Source: a virus
IMG/VR virus record: IMGVR_UViG_3300018080_000099
Coordinates: 192,001 to 256,000 of that record
Length of the DNA stretch: 64,000 nucleotides
Direction: 5' to 3' (one strand)
The notes beneath the pieces are model-generated. The model worked only from the letters and a program-made list of their open reading frames with translations, made no database searches and had not been told where the DNA came from. Each line of letters starts with the position of its first letter. Within the stretch, counting starts at the first letter, position 1. Made by a program: the position numbers and the translations under genes. Below, piece after piece: positions 39,464 through 48,421 of this stretch.

Positions 39464-40092
39464 TTCATTTCGAGAAGCATTATTTTGCAGAGAGAAGAGG
39501 GAGCAAGTTTCGTTCCCTCATCGTCGTTGATATACAACCGTTGTATGAAGAAGGAATTAAAAGAAGCTTTGACCTAGAAGATTTTGGAGACTTTCTTTCA
39601 GAGATTAAGGAAGGTGTTCTGTTTTTCTATAATGGTCCTGAAACAATTGGTTCGGACGATTCCCCTGAAGTCATACAACAATGGCTCATGGAACACAATC
39701 CTAAGCTCGAAGAGTTTGACTGGGAACAGGTAGAATGGTATGACAAAGGATATTCATTTTTTCGAGATTGGACTGATGCCGGTGTATCGAACAACGGAAT
39801 GGTTAAGGCTTTGCGTCACATGTATACCAATAGGAAGTACGATAGCCGTGAAGTCTCTGTGGAAGAGTGGGAAAAGGTTTTGCCACAGTCGGACTTCAAT
39901 GCAATCAAAGATGCTTTGGAAGATGAAGGGCTTACTATTTGGACACCTGACATAAGCATTTCTGAACTCCGAGAGTGGAGTGGTTCCCTTCTTTGTGGTG
40001 GTGGAATGAATGAGTGCTTAAAAGAAATTCAAATCCTGATGAATGCTTTCAATATCAAATACAGTCTTGTTGACAAGTTCGTTTATTACTAA
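39460..40092 (+). CDS. isochorismatase/nicotinamidase-like hydrolase (tentative)
   Basis: SLIVVDIQPLYEEG and LLCGGGMNEC resemble the Asp/Cys catalytic blocks of the isochorismatase family. Begins MIHFEKHYF. Confidence 0.3.
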   Translation: MIHFEKHYFAERRGSKFRSLIVVDIQPLYEEGIKRSFDLEDFGDFLSEIKEGVLFFYNGPETIGSDDSPEVIQQWLMEHNPKLEEFDWEQVEWYDKGYSFFRDWTDAGVSNNGMVKALRHMYTNRKYDSREVSVEEWEKVLPQSDFNAIKDALEDEGLTIWTPDISISELREWSGSLLCGGGMNECLKEIQILMNAFNIKYSLVDKFVYY

Positions 40093-40101
40093 GGGAGATT
40101 T

Positions 40102-41091
40102 ATGGACTTCATAAACCATTACTGTACTGAAGTTGCCCCTTCCAAAAGAAAGGGCATTCAGCATATTTACGGTGGGAACGAAGGGCAGTATTCCATGAAA
40201 CCGAATGATTTCTTGGAGCTTATCAGATATATTCGAGACTCAGGTGAGGGGAGATTATCACAGGCTAACTCCAGTATTTCTGAAAAGGCTGATGGATTCA
40301 GACTCATTTTCGGTTTGGACCCACAAAATCGCTTCTTTATTGAGTCCGCTCGTTCAGGTCCAGTTCACGATGAGGGACGGTTCAGAGACTTCACAATCGC
40401 AAAAAAGGGCGAATCTGACCCAATCAGCGAAGGCTACGAAGATATTCTGATAAAGCTGAAGAACGATAAGAGGTTACAGGATTTCCTTCAAACTATAAAT
40501 ACTCCTAGTGGTATTAAGATACAAACCGAGGCATTTTACCTTCCTTTAGGAAAGTATAGCGAATTAGATGACTCGATAGTTCGGTTTGTCGCCACATGGT
40601 ACAAGAAAGAAAGATTAGGAAAATGGGCCACCTTTGTGGTAATAAACGTAATTGACGGAAAGGGGAGACCATTTCCACACGACTTTGTGCAAAATGTCAA
40701 GAAAGGGCTTAAAGAATTAAGCACCGATGATATAAAGTTTGAGACAAATGAAGCTCCAGATTTCAAGGAAGTGGATTTAAGTGACGAGATTGAAAAGGCA
40801 GAACAGCTTGTAAGCCAGTTGGAAAAGGAATACGGCCAAAAGCTTGAGGACATTGTACTGAATCCGAGCCGCAAGAAGGATGCGAGGGAGCAAAAGAAGC
40901 GTATCAAACAGGAGATGCTTAAGCTCCAGAAAGAATTTGCGAGTAGGATTTCAAGCCTTATTGGAAAGAAGGGCATGTTCGGAGATGAATACGAGGGATT
41001 GGTATTTGAGCTTGCCAACGGAATAATGTTCAAGGTCGTATCGGACAAATTCAAAGAAGCCAAGAAGGCTTACAATAAGGGAGAACTGTGA
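40102..41091 (+). CDS. putative ATP-dependent nucleic-acid ligase (K-x-D-G motif)
   Basis: SEKADGFRLIFG matches ligase motif I (KxDGxR; T4 DNA ligase active site is KADGAR). Begins MDFINHY. Confidence 0.4.
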   Translation: MDFINHYCTEVAPSKRKGIQHIYGGNEGQYSMKPNDFLELIRYIRDSGEGRLSQANSSISEKADGFRLIFGLDPQNRFFIESARSGPVHDEGRFRDFTIAKKGESDPISEGYEDILIKLKNDKRLQDFLQTINTPSGIKIQTEAFYLPLGKYSELDDSIVRFVATWYKKERLGKWATFVVINVIDGKGRPFPHDFVQNVKKGLKELSTDDIKFETNEAPDFKEVDLSDEIEKAEQLVSQLEKEYGQKLEDIVLNPSRKKDAREQKKRIKQEMLKLQKEFASRISSLIGKKGMFGDEYEGLVFELANGIMFKVVSDKFKEAKKAYNKGEL

Positions 41092-41486
41092 TGGGTTTCA
41101 GAGAGTATTACTTAAGTGAATCGGTAGAAGGCCACGAAAAACTTCAGGACGTAATGAGGGGTATCGTTAATCAAGACGTGAATATTATTCAGCAGTGGAG
41201 TTACCTGAGTCCGCAAGGATGGGAAAATGCCGGTGTTGAGAAAGATGCTGGTATTATCAACTTTGGTTTGAGGCCTTCAGGCTATCAGGGAGTCTTGATA
41301 TTTGATGATGTTGGTAAGCTTGCCAAAGCTGAAATAGGAAGTAGTCCAAGATTACAAAGGGCTTTGGAGGATAATGCACAGGATTTGGAAGCTGCATTTG
41401 CGGAAGTTAAGCTTCGTCCACAGGACATACCGGCATTCGATAGAGCAGTCGATGCCATTATTTCACAGCTCGGAGCACAGCTTTAA
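41088..41486 (+). CDS. small protein, MxFxEYL N-terminal family
   Basis: 132 aa, begins MGFREYYLSESVE. ATGA overlap with the upstream gene. Confidence 0.45.
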   Translation: MMGFREYYLSESVEGHEKLQDVMRGIVNQDVNIIQQWSYLSPQGWENAGVEKDAGIINFGLRPSGYQGVLIFDDVGKLAKAEIGSSPRLQRALEDNAQDLEAAFAEVKLRPQDIPAFDRAVDAIISQLGAQL

Positions 41487-41495
41487 GGAGAGAAT

Positions 41496-42149
41496 ATGAG
41501 CTTCAAAGAATATTATTTACAAGAGGCTGAAGAAAAGGGTGCCATAGTTGATGGTGAATTCCGCAAAGGCGTTCCGACTCCTTCAGAAAAGTTCAACAAG
41601 CCCGTCATCGGAACTATCACAGCTAAGAACATCATTGCCGACGGCACAACCGATTACGATGTCATTGAAAAGGTTAAGGGCAATACTATGGATATTTGGG
41701 TTACGAATCAGTGGTATACTTATCGCCCTGACAAACAAGTCGTTCAGTTTGTTCCTGATGAATTTGTAGAAGATTTCCGAGAGGTCGATGCCCAGACTGA
41801 AGATAATGATTTGGAAGCAAAGGCGGCGAAAATTCCGGCTTCTCAAAAGGGTTCAAAGAACATTCCGAGTTGGGTTTCGACAAAGATGAAGAGCCTTTCG
41901 GATACTGATGCTACCAAAGAGTGGCTACTCATGGCTAAGAATACAATGGGACAGGCTCCTCTTGGATTAATCCTTCAGAACTTGGCGGATGGTGCCGAAG
42001 CAACTGCTAAAGAGTTTGAAACTGAGGATGAGCCAGACGAGAACATTGCCAAGCAATACAGGGCAGTCGCAAATGAGATTAGAGGAATCATTCAGAAGGT
42101 TAAACCAGAAATGGAATGGGAACCGGAATTCGGAGGAACTGGAGAATGA
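41496..42149 (+). CDS. hypothetical protein, MxFxEYL N-terminal family
   Basis: 217 aa, begins MSFKEYYLQEAEE. ggagagaatATG context. Confidence 0.45.
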   Translation: MSFKEYYLQEAEEKGAIVDGEFRKGVPTPSEKFNKPVIGTITAKNIIADGTTDYDVIEKVKGNTMDIWVTNQWYTYRPDKQVVQFVPDEFVEDFREVDAQTEDNDLEAKAAKIPASQKGSKNIPSWVSTKMKSLSDTDATKEWLLMAKNTMGQAPLGLILQNLADGAEATAKEFETEDEPDENIAKQYRAVANEIRGIIQKVKPEMEWEPEFGGTGE

Positions 42150-42691
42150 AGGCTTACAACAAATACTTAAAGAACAGAGTCCTTCGTGAATATGGTGAAT
42201 TGGAGTATGAAGTCGATGAAGTTGAGTTGACTTTTAAGGACAATGCGGTTTGGGTAGGTGATACAAAAATAGCTGACATTAAGTGGGTGCCGGGTGAAAA
42301 GCCATATGCGATTAAGGTCGAGGAAGTCAACTTCACAGATGAGTTTGATTTCGCTAAAGTCGAGCAGGAAGAAAAGGAAGGTTTGGCCGAATCCATTCAG
42401 GAATTTTTTGATGAACCGCCTGAGGAAGGCAAAGAATATAAGTTTGAACATTTCATTACTGTTGAGGCTGAGGCGACATCAGTAGACCCCGGCCAACAGG
42501 GTGGAAGGACTGACCCATCATGGGACCCATATGTTGAAGAGTTTGAAGCTAAATGGGGTGGTGTAGATATTACGGAACATCTTCCTGATAGAGATAAAGA
42601 CAAAATTGCTGAAAAACTCATGGACGAAATAGAGCAAAATGCTCGTGACGCTGAAGCAGAAGCCAAGTATAGTCGATACGAGGACTATTAA
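42146..42691 (+). CDS. hypothetical acidic protein
   Basis: Start at ATG 42146 (MKAYNKYLKN), RBS ggagg. ATGA overlap with the upstream stop. Confidence 0.4.
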   Translation: MKAYNKYLKNRVLREYGELEYEVDEVELTFKDNAVWVGDTKIADIKWVPGEKPYAIKVEEVNFTDEFDFAKVEQEEKEGLAESIQEFFDEPPEEGKEYKFEHFITVEAEATSVDPGQQGGRTDPSWDPYVEEFEAKWGGVDITEHLPDRDKDKIAEKLMDEIEQNARDAEAEAKYSRYEDY

Positions 42692-43095
42692 TGAACTTTC
42701 AAGAACACTACTACGGAAAGGATGCTAAGGAATTTGTCAAACTCTTTGAGGGTTACTTGACAGAATACCTTGACGGTGAGTCCGAACCTACCTCCGAGTT
42801 AGACCCGCAGTTCATTTCAAGGTTATGTGACTACCTTGAGAAGTGTTTCCCGTCATACGGAAACTTCAATACTGCTATTAGTACGGAACTTCGCAATGTC
42901 ATGAAGGGTGATAACAACCAGATTCAGAAGATGAAGAAGAAGATTCATGACGCTATAAATAAAGCAAAAGCTAAATTTCTTGATACGGTACAAAACAAAT
43001 GCGAAAAAATACAGGTGGTTCCTAAAAAACCAAAGGAGCCTAAAGTTCCCGAACCAGCAGGAGAAGAACAACCGTATGGCCCTAATGAGCTTTGA
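42691..43095 (+). CDS. small protein, MxFxEYY N-terminal family
   Basis: 134 aa, begins MNFQEHYYGKD. Confidence 0.45.
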   Translation: MNFQEHYYGKDAKEFVKLFEGYLTEYLDGESEPTSELDPQFISRLCDYLEKCFPSYGNFNTAISTELRNVMKGDNNQIQKMKKKIHDAINKAKAKFLDTVQNKCEKIQVVPKKPKEPKVPEPAGEEQPYGPNEL

Positions 43096-43630
43096 GAGTT
43101 ATTATAGTCACACAGAACCAGCTCAAATCGAAATCCAGCATCTTGACACCATTGAGGAAGATAAGCTGTTCGTGACTGTCGGCGGAGGAATTGCAGTTGG
43201 CAAATCCTACGTGGCTGAGAAGTTTATCCATCTTCCCGTTATTGATGTTGACGATTGTGTTGTCGAAGTAAACGGTGGTACATACGATAGAAGCTGTCTT
43301 GCAGAAGGCAGGAAGTTGTTCAAACAAAGACTTGAGGATGCATTTGAAAGCTCAGCATCCTTCTGTCACATGGGAACAAACGCAAACCTTAACGGTACGA
43401 AGAAAAGATTATATTGCGCTAAAGAGAACGGTTTTACTTCCGTTCTCGTTTTGGTTGAGACTCCCATTGAAAAAGCACTTGCTCAATCCAAACAGCGAGT
43501 GGATGAAGGTGTTCGTAACGAAATCTCCATAGAGAGAATCTACCAATCCATGCTTGATTCCATGCGAGTCTTTCACCAACTAAATAAGGATAACACATTA
43601 GTAGATTTTTATGTTCATGTAAAGAATTAA
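43085..43630 (+). CDS. P-loop nucleoside/polynucleotide kinase-like protein
   Basis: Start at in-frame ATG 43085 (MSFESYYSHTE). Walker A VTVGGGIAVGKSYVAEKF. 181 aa, the size of a kinase domain. Confidence 0.5.
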   Translation: MSFESYYSHTEPAQIEIQHLDTIEEDKLFVTVGGGIAVGKSYVAEKFIHLPVIDVDDCVVEVNGGTYDRSCLAEGRKLFKQRLEDAFESSASFCHMGTNANLNGTKKRLYCAKENGFTSVLVLVETPIEKALAQSKQRVDEGVRNEISIERIYQSMLDSMRVFHQLNKDNTLVDFYVHVKN

Positions 43631-43656
43631 AATTTTTGTGCTTATAGACACTCTTA

Positions 43657-43677
43657 TTAGTCATAAATTATGACTAA
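43657..43677. repeat. perfect 10-bp inverted repeat ttagtcataa-a-ttatgactaa
   Basis: Palindrome read directly in the intergenic region. Followed by a T-run and the TATAAATA at 43681. Confidence 0.5.
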
Positions 43678-43680
43678 TTT

Positions 43681-43688
43681 TATAAATA
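43681..43688 (+). promoter_or_regulatory. TATAAATA motif upstream of the HNH gene
   Basis: Exact motif 19 nt upstream of the 43707 ATG. Confidence 0.25.
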
Positions 43689-43706
43689 TGAATAAAGGAG
43701 TGTTCT

Positions 43707-44549
43707 ATGAAAGTTATTTGTAGCAATTGTAATAAAGAAATAGAAAGAAAACCTTCAAATATAAAAAGAAGTAAAAACATTTTTTGTTCGAGGGAATGTA
43801 GATATGATTGGCAAAAGTATAATTTTTGTGGGGAAAAGAATCCTAACTTTGGGAATGTTTGGAGTGATGAGCAAAAAATAAAACAATCTGAAATTGTGAA
43901 AAGTAAAATGAATAGTGATATTGTTAAGTTTAAGTGTGGTTCCGCAAATAGAGGTAAAAAGTTTAGTCAAGAGATACGAGATAAAATATCCAAAGGCCAT
44001 GAAGGATTAACTTATAAACCAATGTCAGATGAGGGTAGAAGAAATATTGGAATTGCTTCTTCTAAAAAGTTTACAGATGATTATAAAAAAGCTCATAAGA
44101 AAAAAATGATTGATTTAGGGTACTGGGTTTCTGAAAGTGATAAGTCTGATTGGGAGATTTATTTTGATGAATCTAATTGGATAGAAAGAATGTTCGATAG
44201 AGCTAATGATAAAGAACAAATTCTTTTGAAGGAGTTTGGTGTTTTTAACTGTAGAAATAATAGTAAAGGAGTTGTTCGTGACCATGCTTATTCAAGAAAA
44301 AGTGGTTTTGAAAATAAAGTTTTTCCTGAAATATTAAGGCATCCTTGTAATTGTAGAATTATAACTCATTCTGATAATACTAAAAAAAGAAAAGCAAGGT
44401 ATGTTGATGCTGATAGTATAACTCTACAGTCATTATTTAACGAAATAATTAAATACGAAGGCAAATGGGATGAGCAACAGAAATGTTTAAGTTTAATTAA
44501 TGATTATTTTAGTGGAAAGAGATGGAATAGAAATGTTACTAAAAGTTAA
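43707..44549 (+). CDS. HNH-type homing endonuclease with NUMOD3 repeats
   Basis: GEKNPNFGNVWSDEQKIKQSE and SANRGKKFSQEIRDKISKGH resemble NUMOD3. N-terminal Cys cluster CSNCNKEI...FCSRECRYDW. C-terminal VRDHAY...N...HPCNCRIITHSDN is HNH-like. The region is clearly AT-richer than its flanks. Confidence 0.55.
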   Translation: MKVICSNCNKEIERKPSNIKRSKNIFCSRECRYDWQKYNFCGEKNPNFGNVWSDEQKIKQSEIVKSKMNSDIVKFKCGSANRGKKFSQEIRDKISKGHEGLTYKPMSDEGRRNIGIASSKKFTDDYKKAHKKKMIDLGYWVSESDKSDWEIYFDESNWIERMFDRANDKEQILLKEFGVFNCRNNSKGVVRDHAYSRKSGFENKVFPEILRHPCNCRIITHSDNTKKRKARYVDADSITLQSLFNEIIKYEGKWDEQQKCLSLINDYFSGKRWNRNVTKS

Positions 44550-45129
44550 AATGAAAAATCCTTTTTGGGTAGCGAGCGATTGTCATTGGTATCATACTAA
44601 TATTATTAAGTATTGCCAAAGACCTTTTACTAATGAAGGCGACCTTGACGATTCAGGTAACTGGATTTCAGAAGAAGTTGCTCAGAAAAGCACCGAGCTT
44701 ATGAACGAGACAATGTTCAATAATTGGCAGAGCCTAATCGGAGAAAAAGACAAGGTTTTCTTTTTGGGCGACTGGGTTATTGGTGCTGAGAATAAATACA
44801 AAACAGGTCAGATACTCCACGACCAACTGCATGGGCGCAAAATTTTCATTCAGGGAAACCACGACGAACACATCCACAGGTTCACGAACATCCGAGTTAT
44901 CGACGGAACTATTCAGGTTAGTTACAAAGGCCTGAACTTCATGATGTCACATGAGCCTATTTGGGAACACTCCCCAGACATTGACATCTATATCTGTGGA
45001 CATATACATAACAATGAGGAAAACGAAAGACTGTTGCCTAATATGATAAATGTATCAATGGAGATGACAGACTACAAGCCTGTCCACATTGATGCCATCA
45101 TTGAGAAAGTAGGAGTGCAACATGATTAG
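44533..45129 (+). CDS. calcineurin-like metallophosphoesterase
   Basis: SDCHWYH, GDWV, GNHDEH and CGHIHN are metallophosphatase motifs. Alternative start at 44551 (MKNPFW). Confidence 0.6.
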   Translation: MLLKVKMKNPFWVASDCHWYHTNIIKYCQRPFTNEGDLDDSGNWISEEVAQKSTELMNETMFNNWQSLIGEKDKVFFLGDWVIGAENKYKTGQILHDQLHGRKIFIQGNHDEHIHRFTNIRVIDGTIQVSYKGLNFMMSHEPIWEHSPDIDIYICGHIHNNEENERLLPNMINVSMEMTDYKPVHIDAIIEKVGVQHD

Positions 45130-45904
45130 GTTTCTTACAGGTTGGTCAAATCCCGGCGGCTCAACAGTCGCCTTCATTAACTTGGTCAACGCACTGAACA
45201 AATATGGACACGAATCTATCCTCGGAGGCCCTCACACATGGCACTTAGATAAGTGTAAATCCGAACAGGTAGTGCGCGGCAATAAGCTATTAGTCCATAA
45301 AGATGACATCATTGTAGCACATTACATGAGAATCTTTGTGGCTCGCCCGCCTGTGAAAGGATTCTTCTTGTCGAGCCAAGAGCAGGAATTTTTTCCACTG
45401 AATACAATTGACTACGGCATCTTTGATAAGATACACTACGTCAGTGAACATCATAAAGATTTTCATGGCATTGCCGGGCATCCCCACTTCATTATCCCGA
45501 ACATTTTAGAAGACCTAAAACCCAATAGTAAGCCAACTAAAAAGATTGGTGGCATTATTGGCACGATTGACAAAAGCAAAAGAGTTAGTACTTGTATCAA
45601 GGAAGCTCTTGAAGATGGATGTGACAAGGTTCTTATCTACGGAATGGTTTCAGACCCGTGGTACTGGCAGGATAAAATAACCAAGATGATTGACGGAAGG
45701 AAAGTCCAGTATATGGGATTTGAGGATGACAAGCAAAAAATGTACGATTCAGTTACCGATGTCTACGCAGGCTTTGATGTTCGGGGAAATGTGGAAGGCG
45801 AGTGCAATCTCACTGAAACAAACTTCCACGGGCAGTCTTTCCGAAAGGAAGAATTGGACAAGAAGTCTATTGTCAAAAGATGGGTGAAGGAGTTGGGAGT
45901 ATAA
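45122..45904 (+). CDS. putative glycosyltransferase
   Basis: 260 aa ORF heading the glycan cluster. No family-specific motif recognised. Confidence 0.3.
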   Translation: MIRFLTGWSNPGGSTVAFINLVNALNKYGHESILGGPHTWHLDKCKSEQVVRGNKLLVHKDDIIVAHYMRIFVARPPVKGFFLSSQEQEFFPLNTIDYGIFDKIHYVSEHHKDFHGIAGHPHFIIPNILEDLKPNSKPTKKIGGIIGTIDKSKRVSTCIKEALEDGCDKVLIYGMVSDPWYWQDKITKMIDGRKVQYMGFEDDKQKMYDSVTDVYAGFDVRGNVEGECNLTETNFHGQSFRKEELDKKSIVKRWVKELGV

Positions 45905-46593
45905 TGGACAAAATATCTGTCATTATCCCATGCTACAATCATGGGAAGCATTTAAGGGAAGCGATTGAATCGCTGTATTCCAACTGGCTGACGATTGAGA
46001 TGGATGTGATGGTTATTGATGATTGTAGTACTGACGATTCTTTTGAGGTTGCTCAAAAGCTTTCAAAGGAATTTGGATTCAAGACTCATCAGATGTCAAA
46101 GAACTCAAAGCCTGCAAAGGTTCGAAACACAGCAATCGGGATGATTGATGGAAACATTATTGTCTGCTTAGACGGTGATGATAAGTTACCCCCTCATTAC
46201 CTTCAAGAGAATTACAACAACATTCTCATGTATCAAGTTGACGTTTCGTATAACAACTCCGTGATGTTCGGCTCAACGAACCGGGAGTTGAATTGGCCTG
46301 AGTTTAACATTGAGACGCTTAGAAGAACCCCTTTCATTCATTGTACTTCAATGTTTCGAAAGGAAGCATGGGAGAAGGTTGGAGGGTTTGATGAGTCAAT
46401 GGTAGACGGCTGGGAAGATTATGATTTCTGGCTGAGAGTTGCCAATGCAGGATTTAAGTTCAAGAAATGTAATCAGACGTTTCTTTACTACCGACAAAGT
46501 GGTAATGAAAATAGAGATGTACAAGCCAAGGCGAAGCTTGATAAAATTCGTGCTTATATGAGAAACAAACACAAAGGGTTTTACTTGGGGTGA
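45904..46593 (+). CDS. family 2 glycosyltransferase
   Basis: MDKISVIIPCYNHGKHL...VIDDCSTDDS is the GT2 signature. TAATG overlap. Confidence 0.7.
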   Translation: MDKISVIIPCYNHGKHLREAIESLYSNWLTIEMDVMVIDDCSTDDSFEVAQKLSKEFGFKTHQMSKNSKPAKVRNTAIGMIDGNIIVCLDGDDKLPPHYLQENYNNILMYQVDVSYNNSVMFGSTNRELNWPEFNIETLRRTPFIHCTSMFRKEAWEKVGGFDESMVDGWEDYDFWLRVANAGFKFKKCNQTFLYYRQSGNENRDVQAKAKLDKIRAYMRNKHKGFYLG

Positions 46594-46610
46594 GTATGAA
46601 AGAGAATAAA

Positions 46611-47351
46611 ATGAAAGTCGTTATTCCAGTGTACAACGCCGAAAAGTGGATTCAGAAATGTATCTGGTCTTTGTACAATCAGTCTTATCAGAACTGGGAA
46701 GCCGTTATTGTCAATGATGCGTCAACTGACAAGACGCTGGATGTTATTAAGGATTTCATGAAAGACATTCCAGCTGAAGAGGTTCACAAAAAGAAAAGGT
46801 TCCGTGTCCTTGACAGAACCATGAATGTAGGAGCCCTTGAAAATATCGACTATGGTACGGAGCTACTCTGTGACGATGATGAGGACGTAGTTGTGCTGTT
46901 GGACGGCGATGACTGGCTGGCGGCAAATGATGTCCTGACACATCTGAACGAACTGTATCAAGATGAAACTTGGCTAACCTACGGACAGTTTCAGTTCAAT
47001 AGTAACGGAAACATTTCAAGTAACCGACAGATAACCGACACCCGAACGTATAGAACGAAGCAGTCATTTTGTTCCTCACATTTGCGAACATATAAGTATA
47101 AGATATGGAAACGCATAAAGAAGGACGACCTTAAGAATGGTGCCGGTAAGTATTATCCGATGGCATGGGATTTGTCCATCATGTACCCATTGATTGAGAT
47201 GGCCGGACCAAAAAGAATCAAGTGTGCTGATAAGGTGATGTACATTTACAATAACCAGAATCCAATCAACGACCATAAGAAAAACTACAAGCTCCAAGTG
47301 AGCTTAGACTTTGAAATCAGAAAGAAGCCACAGTACGCAGAACTACCATGA
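46611..47351 (+). CDS. family 2 glycosyltransferase
   Basis: MKVVIPVYNAEKWI...VIVNDASTDKT. Alternative starts at 46596 or 46590 (GTG). Confidence 0.65.
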   Translation: MKVVIPVYNAEKWIQKCIWSLYNQSYQNWEAVIVNDASTDKTLDVIKDFMKDIPAEEVHKKKRFRVLDRTMNVGALENIDYGTELLCDDDEDVVVLLDGDDWLAANDVLTHLNELYQDETWLTYGQFQFNSNGNISSNRQITDTRTYRTKQSFCSSHLRTYKYKIWKRIKKDDLKNGAGKYYPMAWDLSIMYPLIEMAGPKRIKCADKVMYIYNNQNPINDHKKNYKLQVSLDFEIRKKPQYAELP

Positions 47352-48421
47352 AAGTTATTATCAACAGAAGCGGCGGTCCCTTAAAAATCCCAGAAATCAG
47401 AAAAGAGATTCCGTGGGATGGGAAGCAGTACATACTTAACGATATTCTGACTAACAAGTATCGCAAATACTTGGAGGTTGTCGATGTAGACAAACAAAAA
47501 GAGATTGAGGACTTGCAAGTTAAGGTCAGAGATTTGAAGGTTAATCTTGACAATACCATGATGGAAAACGACAAGCTCCAAGATTTCATTGGCAAGCTTC
47601 GTGACAATACAAAGATTCCTTGTTTGGACTTCTTGTATTCATTCCACTTCAACGAAAATATGGACGAGGCAGTTGAAAGACTGAGATGTTCCATTGAAAG
47701 CATACGGCACCAGAATGTTCGTGTCTGTGTTTGCAATACTTCCAAAAAGAGTATCAAAAGCAAGCTCCGTGGGCTGGGAAAGATTGCATATTTTCATAAT
47801 CCTTTGGAGCTGAATGTTTACAACAAGCCCAAGACAATCAATCTAGGAGTTAAGAAACTTGTCAAGACAGACTACTTCTTTCTCTCAGACATTGATTTGT
47901 ACTACCATCCGGACTTCGTTGCCAACATGGGAGTTGTTCTAAAGCTGACTGGGAATGTTCCTTACAGGATTGTTTTTCATAACAACAACATGGGACCCGG
48001 AGATTATCCTGAAAGTATTGAGGACTGTCACAATCTTTTCACAAACTCCAAAGATACCTCGAGGTCAATGAAGGGATTGGCACCGGGCAACGGATTAATT
48101 TACCGTCCTTCTTTTGAAGCCATTGAGGGGTTTGATGAAATGTATGTAGGGTACGGCCCAGAGGACGCGGACTTCAATTATAGAATCCGCAAGATATGTG
48201 AGTACATAGAAATAGATTTGGAAGGCTTCAACACGTATCATCTTTTCCATGCGAACCAAACTAGAGACTCACAAGAGTACGCTAACAATAGAATCAGATG
48301 TGACTACATGATGAAAATGGATAGAAAGAATAACTACAACATCATAAAGTCCGGGCAGATTGAACCGCCCAGAAAGCTAAAGTTTGTTATAGACGAGAAC
48401 ATTCGGGAAGTGGTAATATGA
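47348..48421 (+). CDS. glycosyltransferase with a beta4GalT-type (GT7-like) motif and an N-terminal coiled coil
   Basis: FLSDIDLYY DXD-like. EGFDEMYVGYGPEDADFNYRI resembles the GWGGEDDDxxxR block. Confidence 0.45.
   Translation: MKVIINRSGGPLKIPEIRKEIPWDGKQYILNDILTNKYRKYLEVVDVDKQKEIEDLQVKVRDLKVNLDNTMMENDKLQDFIGKLRDNTKIPCLDFLYSFHFNENMDEAVERLRCSIESIRHQNVRVCVCNTSKKSIKSKLRGLGKIAYFHNPLELNVYNKPKTINLGVKKLVKTDYFFLSDIDLYYHPDFVANMGVVLKLTGNVPYRIVFHNNNMGPGDYPESIEDCHNLFTNSKDTSRSMKGLAPGNGLIYRPSFEAIEGFDEMYVGYGPEDADFNYRIRKICEYIEIDLEGFNTYHLFHANQTRDSQEYANNRIRCDYMMKMDRKNNYNIIKSGQIEPPRKLKFVIDENIREVVI

Larger units (their letters stand above)
43631..44549 (+). mobile_element. AT-rich island carrying a free-standing homing endonuclease gene
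   Basis: Compositional break against neighbours. Preceded by the palindrome at 43657. Interrupts the kinase / phosphoesterase gene series. Confidence 0.4.
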
